DNA of 32,000 bases, from contig CP012986.1 in NCBI GenBank assembly GCA_001761425.1, positions 90,001-122,000 of the forward strand, written 5' to 3'. The notes under the pieces were generated by a model. The model did not search any database, was not told the origin of the DNA, and saw only the letters and a list, made by a program, of their open reading frames with translations. The position numbers and the translations under genes were made by a program. How positions within the stretch are numbered: position 1 is the first letter of the stretch; every line of letters starts with the position of its first letter. Below are positions 17,662 to 25,073 of this stretch, piece after piece. Source of the DNA: Candidatus Saccharimonadota bacterium. Its GTDB lineage: Archaea; Nanohalarchaeota; Nanosalinia; Nanosalinales; Nanosalinaceae.

Positions 17662-17877
17662 TCAATTTTCCATTTCAAGACCCCAGGAAATATTGTTCCA
17701 GAGCCTCTCCCAGATATAGTAAAGAAAGGTTTTAGCAATAGCAGCCGTAAGGCCTATGCTCGCCGCAGAAGAAAAACTTCCCGTGTAAATAAAGGAGACT
17801 GCGAAAACTGTAAAAGTTGCGAAAACTCTGTAAGAAGCTGCTTTAAGCATCGTTCTTCGATGTTTTTCCATATTCAA
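17662..17877 (-). CDS. DUF2061-family small membrane protein
   Basis: KAASYRVFATFTVFAVSFIYTG....KTFLYYIWERLWNNISWG matches the DUF2061 pattern (K..SYR.......F....TG...K...YY.HER.W....WG). Confidence 0.65.
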   Translation of the reverse strand: MNMEKHRRTMLKAASYRVFATFTVFAVSFIYTGSFSSAASIGLTAAIAKTFLYYIWERLWNNISWGLEMEN

Positions 17878-17881
17878 GGCC

Positions 17882-18079
17882 TCACCTATCTAGATAGCCG
17901 AGTTTTTCCAGTTTTTGAGCAATCTCTTTAGCCTGTTCCTCCGTCAATTCATCCTCATCCTTCTGCCCAGATTCAGCCAGCTCTCTTAATTTATCCTGAA
18001 CGAAGCGAGACAGATTAATATGATTCTCATCCACAAACTCCGCCAGATCCTCTGGCAGAGAAATAGTCTTTCTCGGCAT
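17882..18079 (-). CDS. Small ribbon-helix-helix (CopG-like) DNA-binding protein
   Basis: MPRKTISLPEDLAEFVDENHINLSRFVQDKLRELA fits the RHH pattern. The ATG at 18079 is preferred over 18097 because a TATA-like box and a palindrome lie immediately upstream. Confidence 0.65.
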   Translation of the reverse strand: MPRKTISLPEDLAEFVDENHINLSRFVQDKLRELAESGQKDEDELTEEQAKEIAQKLEKLGYLDR

Positions 18080-18080
18080 A

Positions 18081-18113
18081 ATGCATAACTTATGCATGAT
18101 CGTTAATAAAAGG
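18081..18113 (-). promoter_or_regulatory. TATA-like box plus a perfect 8-1-8 palindrome (candidate RHH operator)
   Basis: ATGCATAA-C-TTATGCAT at 18081-18097 is a perfect inverted repeat. On the minus strand it lies between CTTTTATTAA (18103-18112) and the ATG at 18079. Confidence 0.4.
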
Positions 18114-18118
18114 CCTTC

Positions 18119-18826
18119 CTAGATATCGAGTTCCTTCATCTCTTCCCGAAGTTCTCTGAGTTCCTCAGGATTATCTACTTCTCTCCAGAACTCATCGCTG
18201 ACATCTACAGCTTCAAAATAGGTCTCATCAAGAATTTCACCGACCGCGGAGTCGAACCACTGTGTTCTGTCATCTTCAGAAATCTTATCTGCCGTGTCAA
18301 AAAGAAGCTTTGAGTCCTCCGCTACGACTCCAAAGACCTCAGTAGTGACACCGTCGTACTCTTCAGGATTTTTACCTAGAATCTCTGTCATTCTACCATT
18401 CTCAACCCGAACCTTGATTGACTCATCATCTGGAGTCTCCATATCCAGAGGATAACCCGAGGAATCAATATCCATTATGCTTTCGAGAAGGCCTTCAGAG
18501 AAAATCGCATCTCCATTAATTACAAGGAAATCCTCGCCTTCAGCGAAGCTTCTTGAAAGCTTGAATGAGTAGAGATTATCAGTTTCGTCCCATATATCAT
18601 TCTCAATAAGTGTAATATCTGTATCCGAAAATCTTTTTTCAAATTCTACCGCCATATAGCCCACTACAATAGCGATATCTTTTTCTTCAAGGCCTTGTTT
18701 CTCTAGAAGCCGGATCTGTCTCTCGATTATGGTTCCATCATTTAATTCAAGAAGTCCTTTCGGTGTATCTTCCGTCAAAGGCCTCATTCTTGTTCCGGGA
18801 CCTGCTGCAAGTATGACTGCTTTCAT
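18119..18826 (-). CDS. Cytidylyltransferase-like nucleotidyltransferase (LicC/IPCT-like), paralog A
   Basis: MKAVILAAGPGTRMRPLTEDTPKGLLEL...IAIVVGY...TDNLYSF...FLVINGDAIF...FWREVDNPEEL. The ORF is trimmed to the ATG at 18826, which overlaps the upstream stop (TAATG). It is about 70% identical to 27532..28233. Confidence 0.8.
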   Translation of the reverse strand: MKAVILAAGPGTRMRPLTEDTPKGLLELNDGTIIERQIRLLEKQGLEEKDIAIVVGYMAVEFEKRFSDTDITLIENDIWDETDNLYSFKLSRSFAEGEDFLVINGDAIFSEGLLESIMDIDSSGYPLDMETPDDESIKVRVENGRMTEILGKNPEEYDGVTTEVFGVVAEDSKLLFDTADKISEDDRTQWFDSAVGEILDETYFEAVDVSDEFWREVDNPEELRELREEMKELDI

Positions 18827-19536
18827 TATTTCATATCCTCCTTTATACTTCTGAACCTCTTTATTACGAGAAAGGTTGCTGCCGTTGACGCAGCTACAGG
18901 GTAGAAAATCCTCCAACTTCCTCCTGTAATCGCGTCAAGTGCGAGGAATCCAGCCAGCGGGTGAGTTATCCCTCCTGGACTTGTAACCAGGTGTTTTCCT
19001 GTATCTATAGCCTTCCTAATGATATTCTTATCTCTGGGTGAGTAACCCCCAGAATGGGCCTCATCGTTCCCGTATTCTCCTAGCAGCGATAGAAGCGTGA
19101 ACATAATTCCTCCTGAGGCCGAAAAAGTGAGTAGAGGGACGCTACCAGTCATCCTGTAAGCGCCGAAGGCTGAGACATAGATGATAAACGAATTGGTTAT
19201 AGGATGGCTGATTTTGTCGAGGAACCCGCCGAAATCTGACGTGGAATCTGTCAAGACAGCGATCTCTCCATCCGAACAGTCCAGAACATAGTAAAGCTGG
19301 TACATCACCCATCCAATGACCCAGTAAACCAAGGAGGTCGAGTAGAACATGAAAGAGCCTGCTACAGCCATGACAAGGCCTAGAAACGTTATCATGTTCG
19401 CAGAAGCACCTAACCTCAGGAAAATCCATGTGAAGAACGGCGATAGACGCCTAAGAAAAAAGTAGGCGTAAACAGTCTCGTTCTCACCTTTCTTATCAAC
19501 TGCGAAATCCCTAAGTTCAGACAGAGACTTGCCCAT
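18826..19536 (-). CDS. CDP-alcohol phosphatidyltransferase-family membrane protein (variant motif)
   Basis: Polytopic membrane protein. DG-EI-A-V-x8-G-x3-D-x3-H matches the exact spacing of DG-x2-AR-x8-G-x3-D-x3-D, with R->V and the terminal D->H. Confidence 0.75.
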   Translation of the reverse strand: MGKSLSELRDFAVDKKGENETVYAYFFLRRLSPFFTWIFLRLGASANMITFLGLVMAVAGSFMFYSTSLVYWVIGWVMYQLYYVLDCSDGEIAVLTDSTSDFGGFLDKISHPITNSFIIYVSAFGAYRMTGSVPLLTFSASGGIMFTLLSLLGEYGNDEAHSGGYSPRDKNIIRKAIDTGKHLVTSPGGITHPLAGFLALDAITGGSWRIFYPVAASTAATFLVIKRFRSIKEDMK

Positions 19537-19571
19537 CTATAACCAAAAACGAGTAGCAAGGAACTAAAAAA

Positions 19572-19879
19572 CTACTTACTGCCATAACCCAAGGCCTCCA
19601 GTTTCTCCTTTATTTCAGCATCATCTCCTTCAGATAGTTTTTTGAAGCCTTTTTCCTCTCCTTCGTAGGCCTCCGTGTTAACTTCAGACCGACTCCTCAA
19701 GCTCTTCGACCTCTAAAATCCTCCGATGCCCATAGAACTTCTTTTCTCAAATATGGAGCGTCCAGAATGATCAAAGTGTCCCATTTATCTTCCAGAACGC
19801 TAAACTGGTTCTCAAAAATTAGCCCACATTGATGAGACCTCTCATAAAGTTCCTGTAGCCATGTCCGATAAATTATCAC
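19572..19879 (-). pseudogene. Degenerate remnant of an alkaline-phosphatase/sulfatase-superfamily paralog
   Basis: ORF 19697..19879 encodes ...LEDKWDTLIILDAPYLRKEVLWASEDFRG, alignable to the N-termini of 30355..31185 and 31189..>32000 (ESDWDYLIVLDACRYDYF...QDFLEG). It stops after 60 aa. A short reading frame in another frame (19572..19700) follows. Confidence 0.45.
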
Positions 19880-20007
19880 GCCCGGCCTTTTTGGACCCTT
19901 TAGACTATTCAGCGATCATATCAATAAATAGTGTCTTACCCATTAAAAATTAGATCTTCGGTTTGGAAAACCAGTTTTAAACAGTTTCTTCACCCAGAAC
20001 TAGACAG

Positions 20008-21564
20008 ATGACTGATCAAAAGCAGAGAACTTTGAACGCCTTGGCTAAAGGCGCAGGAATCACTGCTATCGGAATGGCTGTATCAAAGGCCTTGACTTAT
20101 CTCTTCAGAGTTATCGTTGCCCGTTTCCTGGGACCTGAGGCCTATGGACAGGTGGAGTTGGCTCTGATGGTGGCCGGTTTTGCGGGCACAGTCTCATTGA
20201 TGGCCTTGAACTCTTCACTGAAAAAGTTCATACCTGAGTTCCGTGTAAATGATGAGAAAGCCAAGATTAAAGGCATAGTGCTCAGCTCTCTACACCTTAC
20301 GATACCTCTGTCACTTCTTGCTACGGTCGTGATTTTCCTGAGTGCGGATTTTATCGCAGTTGAGATATTTAATAATCCTGCTTTGATACCTCTGATACAG
20401 GTAGTCGCTTTCAAACCGTTATTCGGAAACATGGCTAATATCTACCTTGGGACCACTATCGGTTACAACAAGATATTCTACAAGACACTAACAAGGAAAA
20501 TTATTCAAAACATAGTACAATTGCTGGTCGCTACAGGCCTGATAATACTGAATTTCGGAGTTCTCGGCGCAGCCTGGGGATCACTGGCAGGAACAGTAGT
20601 AGCAGCAGTTCTAGGCCTCTACTACATGGAGAAAAAAGTAGGCCCTATACTGACATCAAGTGTAGAAGCGGTCTACCAGCACAAGAAAATCCTAATGTAC
20701 TCCTCTCCTCTAGTAGTATCCGCAACGATCTCAACTATTATGGGGTGGGCCGATACCGCCTTACTCGGATACCTCATGTCCGACTTCGAGGTAGGAATCT
20801 ACAATACCGCACTACCTACAGCATTACTGATACTCCTACCTCACAAAGCGATAGGAAGCCTGGCTATCACTTCATTCTCCGAATTAAAGGAGAGGAGTGA
20901 GGAAGAGGTAGAGAAATCGCTCCAGGCTGCTACTTACTGGGTCTACGCTCTGGTATTCCCGACCTTCCTAATCATGCTCCTTTTCTCAGAACAGGTATTG
21001 AATGTTCTCTGGGGCTCACAGTACACACAGGCCTCACTCGCACTCTCGATACTCGCAGTAGGATACCTGATAGACGCAACGGCCGGCAGAACAGGAAGCC
21101 TACTCAGCGCCAAGGGAAGAACCAATTACATACTGTACAACAATATCGCAGCGGTCACACTCAACGTAGGCCTCAACATTGCACTAATACCTATCTACGG
21201 AATAATGGGCGCAGCAATCGCTACAGCAGCATCAACCATACTAACAAACATCCTCATGTTCATCGAACTCTGGAAAAAAGAAAACATAATCAGCATACCA
21301 AAAAACAAAGTACTGAAAATAACACTAGTAGGCCTCACACCACTTATCCTCGTAGCAGGCCTCAACAACCTGCTGTTCATCGAAACACCATACTGGTTCA
21401 TCTTCCCAGCAGGCCTCCTCTACTACGGCCTCTATATTCTCATTTTCCTCAAAGTACTAGGCCTCGGAGAAGAAGAGAAAGAAGTATTCCTTAGGATCGG
21501 AGAGATAATCGGCTACAGGGAAGAAGTCGAAGCAAGCTTGGAATTTATAGAGGATAAGTTATAG
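20008..21564 (+). CDS. Oligosaccharide/polysaccharide flippase (Wzx/MOP superfamily)
   Basis: 518 aa and about 14 TM segments. The N-terminus LAKGAGITAIGMAVSKALTYLFRVIVARFLGPEAYGQ is typical of polysaccharide biosynthesis (PST) proteins. Confidence 0.85.
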   Translation: MTDQKQRTLNALAKGAGITAIGMAVSKALTYLFRVIVARFLGPEAYGQVELALMVAGFAGTVSLMALNSSLKKFIPEFRVNDEKAKIKGIVLSSLHLTIPLSLLATVVIFLSADFIAVEIFNNPALIPLIQVVAFKPLFGNMANIYLGTTIGYNKIFYKTLTRKIIQNIVQLLVATGLIILNFGVLGAAWGSLAGTVVAAVLGLYYMEKKVGPILTSSVEAVYQHKKILMYSSPLVVSATISTIMGWADTALLGYLMSDFEVGIYNTALPTALLILLPHKAIGSLAITSFSELKERSEEEVEKSLQAATYWVYALVFPTFLIMLLFSEQVLNVLWGSQYTQASLALSILAVGYLIDATAGRTGSLLSAKGRTNYILYNNIAAVTLNVGLNIALIPIYGIMGAAIATAASTILTNILMFIELWKKENIISIPKNKVLKITLVGLTPLILVAGLNNLLFIETPYWFIFPAGLLYYGLYILIFLKVLGLGEEEKEVFLRIGEIIGYREEVEASLEFIEDKL

Positions 21565-22494
21565 CTGGAACTTTTTCTCTATCTCATCTTCCAGCGTATA
21601 TTCCGGATTAAATGCTATCTCATCCTTGATCTTACTGGAGTCAACATCGAACTTCTCGGCCACAGAATCGTTTTCCCTAGGATTCTCCACTATCCTCACT
21701 TCTGGATCAGAAACCTCCTTCTCCACTGCCTTCCCCTTAATTTTATCAGCCAAGGCCTTTATGCTTGTGCTCTGTTCACTTGCCAGCAAATATGCTTCCT
21801 TGCCATTATTTCCATCTATTAGGCTATCAAGTGATTTGATATAGGCCTTTGCAACATCTTTCACATGTATAAAGTCCTTTGACTGAGTACCGGGGCTGTG
21901 AACTGTCAGATCTTCACCTTTCTTAGCGCAGTCAAGGAAGTAGTTCATTACGGTACCTTTACTGATCTCTTTGTCTTTTATTTCATGAGTACCGTAGACA
22001 TTGGACTTGATGAAAACATAGACCGGAAAGCTATCTTTAGAGAGTAACTCTATCGTCTTTTCGCTGATAGTCTTCGTGATGCCATAGTTATTCACTGGTC
22101 TGCGAGAATTTTCTTCAGTTATCGGGAATTCCTTGACTTTGCCAAATACCTGCATCGACATCGGGAAAACCAGTGGGATTCCGTTTTCACTGCATATCCT
22201 GGCGATGTTCTCCGTGCCTCTGACATTCACTTCGTACGCCAGATCCTCTTTCTCCTCACATTCTGGTATCCCTGTTATCGCTGCCAGATGAAAGATGGCG
22301 TCTACGTCACCAAATTTTTCTTTTAGGCCTTCTATGTTCCTTACGTCCTGATCAATCACTTTTTCCCCTTGAACTTCCTGGACCTGTGAATTGTAACCGT
22401 TATCGATAGGAACAACTTCATATCCTTCCTCTAAAGCCAGTTTTGTCACTCTTGACCCGATGTAGCCGCCTGCTCCTGTGATTCCTATTTTCAT
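21559..22494 (-). CDS. NAD-dependent sugar epimerase/dehydratase (extended SDR)
   Basis: MKIGITGAGGYIGSRV and the YGITK catalytic motif. The ATG at 22494 overlaps the upstream TGA (ATGA coupling). Confidence 0.85.
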   Translation of the reverse strand: MKIGITGAGGYIGSRVTKLALEEGYEVVPIDNGYNSQVQEVQGEKVIDQDVRNIEGLKEKFGDVDAIFHLAAITGIPECEEKEDLAYEVNVRGTENIARICSENGIPLVFPMSMQVFGKVKEFPITEENSRRPVNNYGITKTISEKTIELLSKDSFPVYVFIKSNVYGTHEIKDKEISKGTVMNYFLDCAKKGEDLTVHSPGTQSKDFIHVKDVAKAYIKSLDSLIDGNNGKEAYLLASEQSTSIKALADKIKGKAVEKEVSDPEVRIVENPRENDSVAEKFDVDSSKIKDEIAFNPEYTLEDEIEKKFQL

Positions 22495-23516
22495 GGATTC
22501 CAATCCTCTCTTATTTCTTCCTGTCCTTGTTCATAGTGCTTTATAAGCCCGGATATAGCTTTTTCCAGATTGTATTTTTTATCAATAGAGATCTGGTTAT
22601 TTATCTTGGCGAAACTAACCTGATATGACGGACCCGGATCCTTTTCCCTTTTGTACTCTATCTCTACTTCCCGATCCATTTCTGCCTCTACTTCTTCTTT
22701 TACTCTATCAGCTATCTCTTCTATCCTAAAGTTCATCTCATCGAATCCCGCGTTAAAAACTGCTCCGCTCTCATAATCGCTCTTTGCAATCTCCTTGATG
22801 ATTCTAGCCGAGTCAACGACATGAAGGAAAGGCCTCCAGTTCTTCCCGTTTCCATAAGGTGTGAGAGGTTTTCTTTCCAGGGCCTGTTTTACAAATTTGT
22901 TTATAACAAGATTGTATCTGGTGCCTCCCAGTTCTGGCTCCTGGCTCCCGAAGTTTGTAGCCAGCCTTAACGAGACTGCAGGAACTTTCTCTTTTTTTGC
23001 CCTTTTCGATACTATCTTTTCTGCGGAGGCCTTGGCTCTGGCATAAGTATTGATAGGGTTTATACTGCTTTCTTCTGTTAGTTTTCCATCGGGACTTCTA
23101 CCGTATATATTACAGCTAGATATATTGATGAAGGCCTCAAGTTCTGTTTTCTTCGCAGCCTCAAACATGTTCATCGTGCCATCGAATATCGTCTTCCAGT
23201 AGAGCTTCCTGTTATCGTTCGAGTAGGAGGCCCCTGTAACCGCTGCGAGATGGAAAACGTAATCTGCTTCATCCACTAGTTCTTCAATCTGATGTGTATC
23301 ATACCTTACATCTCCAGTGACAAGCCTTAAGTTAGAGAATTCTTCTTCTATCTTTTCGTACACCTGATATCCTTTTTGTGGTTTGTCGAAGTAATCAAAC
23401 CTTCCTCTGAGGGAGTCGAAAAGAACTATTTCATGTTCCTCAAATTCTTTATCCTTCTGGAGTTCACTGACCAGCTGAGGGCCTATATATCCTGTGCCCC
23501 CCGTAATTAGGATCAT
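22491..23516 (-). CDS. NAD-dependent sugar epimerase/dehydratase (extended SDR)
   Basis: MILITGGTGYIGPQLV, SSCNIYG, and the YARAK catalytic motif. Length 341 aa. Confidence 0.85.
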   Translation of the reverse strand: MILITGGTGYIGPQLVSELQKDKEFEEHEIVLFDSLRGRFDYFDKPQKGYQVYEKIEEEFSNLRLVTGDVRYDTHQIEELVDEADYVFHLAAVTGASYSNDNRKLYWKTIFDGTMNMFEAAKKTELEAFINISSCNIYGRSPDGKLTEESSINPINTYARAKASAEKIVSKRAKKEKVPAVSLRLATNFGSQEPELGGTRYNLVINKFVKQALERKPLTPYGNGKNWRPFLHVVDSARIIKEIAKSDYESGAVFNAGFDEMNFRIEEIADRVKEEVEAEMDREVEIEYKREKDPGPSYQVSFAKINNQISIDKKYNLEKAISGLIKHYEQGQEEIREDWNP

Positions 23517-23599
23517 AGATTATGGCTGGTCTTCTCAGAATTAAATAGCTTGGATACCTTTCTTTCGAATCTATAAATCTTGAAGACTTAGGTAATTTT

Positions 23600-23881
23600 A
23601 TGACTGCCGAAGAACAGATGTATGGGCCTTTCAGAATGGAGGAAACCTACGCCTTAGTATTCAGCCATAATTCCGATACAGAAGTATACAGAGATGTAGA
23701 AGAAGTTCTAGACGAAGTGAAGGAGGATATAGGCCGGAATACATATGAAGACCTAGCTGACATTTACGGTGAAGAGGCTCTAGATGAAATAGATCATGTA
23801 TCTCATTTAGACGATGTTCAGGATGGAGTCGGATGTACGGAGATATGGGAGAAAATGAGTGAGAGACGCGCACAAGACTAG
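23600..23881 (+). CDS. Small highly acidic hypothetical protein
   Basis: 93-aa ORF with an ATG start and coding-like composition. I recognise no family. Confidence 0.45.
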   Translation: MTAEEQMYGPFRMEETYALVFSHNSDTEVYRDVEEVLDEVKEDIGRNTYEDLADIYGEEALDEIDHVSHLDDVQDGVGCTEIWEKMSERRAQD

Positions 23882-23888
23882 TCAAACT

Positions 23889-23897
23889 AATTTATAC
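23889..23897 (+). promoter_or_regulatory. TATA-like box for the UDP-sulfoquinovose synthase gene
   Basis: aatttatac is centred about 26 bp upstream of the ATG at 23919. Confidence 0.4.
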
Positions 23898-23918
23898 TTT
23901 CGAACTCACTGTCTTACT

Positions 23919-25064
23919 ATGGCTATACTGGTTACAGGCGCAGACGGATACATGGGCTGGCCAACAGTTCTAAGACTGGCAGAGAGAAACCCTGAAGAAA
24001 GAATAATTGGAGTAGACAACCTCGCACGCAGAGACTGGGTTGAAGAAGTAGGAAGCGTCTCCGCCACAGAAATAGACTCAACAGAAGAAAGATACATTTC
24101 AAAAGATAATATCAGCTTTGTAGAAGGAGATCTATCTAACCGGGACTTCGTAAAAGATATACTGGAAGTTCATCAACCCGATACAGTAGTTCACCTAGCT
24201 GCACAGCCTTCAGCACCTTACTCCCAGATAAATGGAGAGAGAGCACTGGAGACACAGAAGAACAATATCTCCATGACCCTGAACCTTCTATGGGGCCTGA
24301 AAGAGACAGGCCTTGAAGACACTCACTTTATCGAAACTACAACTATGGGAGTCTACGGCGCACCAGAGTTCGAGATACCGGAAAACGGCCTAGATGTAGA
24401 AAGAAAGGGAGGCGAAGATAATATACCTTACCCCGCGATGGGAGGAAGCTGGTATCACCAGACTAAGTCCTTTGACGCAGGAAATCTCAGACTCGCTAGC
24501 GGACATTGGGATCAACCGATCTCCGACCTAAGAACAGCGATCGTCTACGGAACAGAGACAGAAGAAACCAAAGAAACAGGCCTTGACACGCGTTTCGACT
24601 TCGACTACTACTTCGGAACTGTCGTGAACAGGTTCTGCGCACAGGCAGTAGCAGGATACCCTATCACAGTCTACGGCAAAGGAGAGCAGAGAAAACCAAT
24701 GATAAGCCTGGAAGACGCAGTAGAAAGCATCGCGCAGCTAGTGGAAAAAGGCCACAGTGGAGAAGGAGTAGAAGTCTACAACCAGATCACAAGGCCCGTA
24801 GCCATCGTGGAACTCGCAGAAACTATCGAAAAAGTTGCCCAAGAGATAGGGCTCGATACAGAAGTCAAGCACTATGAAAACCCTAGAGACGAGAAAGAGG
24901 ACCACAAGATGGAGGTAGAAACCGGGAAATTTATGGATCTCCTCGGAGAACAGAAAGTAGACATAGAAGAAGGAGTAAGAGACATTCTAAAAACACTGAA
25001 AGAACAGCAGGAGAAAATAGAAAACCACGAAGACAGGTTCCTACCAGGCGTCCTAACTGATTGA
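23919..25064 (+). CDS. sqdB: UDP-sulfoquinovose synthase (SQD1/SqdB/Agl3 family)
   Basis: Near-colinear motif match to SQD1 as I recall it: GADGYMGW (GGDGYCGW), VDNLARR (VDNLVRR), SAPYS, TTMGVYG (GTMGEYG), IPYP, SWYHQTK (SFYHLSK), DLRTAIVYG, FDFDYYFGTVVNRFCAQAVAGYPITVYGKGEQ, and NPRDEKEDH. The ORF is trimmed to MAILVTG. Confidence 0.9.
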   Translation: MAILVTGADGYMGWPTVLRLAERNPEERIIGVDNLARRDWVEEVGSVSATEIDSTEERYISKDNISFVEGDLSNRDFVKDILEVHQPDTVVHLAAQPSAPYSQINGERALETQKNNISMTLNLLWGLKETGLEDTHFIETTTMGVYGAPEFEIPENGLDVERKGGEDNIPYPAMGGSWYHQTKSFDAGNLRLASGHWDQPISDLRTAIVYGTETEETKETGLDTRFDFDYYFGTVVNRFCAQAVAGYPITVYGKGEQRKPMISLEDAVESIAQLVEKGHSGEGVEVYNQITRPVAIVELAETIEKVAQEIGLDTEVKHYENPRDEKEDHKMEVETGKFMDLLGEQKVDIEEGVRDILKTLKEQQEKIENHEDRFLPGVLTD

Positions 25065-25073
25065 GAGCTAGAT

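Noticed and set aside
19537-20007. A possible tRNA or small-RNA gene, or a mobile-element scar, in the largest non-coding gap.
   Set aside because: I saw no cloverleaf-compatible sequence, terminal inverted repeats or target-site duplication. The region is better explained by a decayed alkaline-phosphatase-family paralog plus the flippase promoter.
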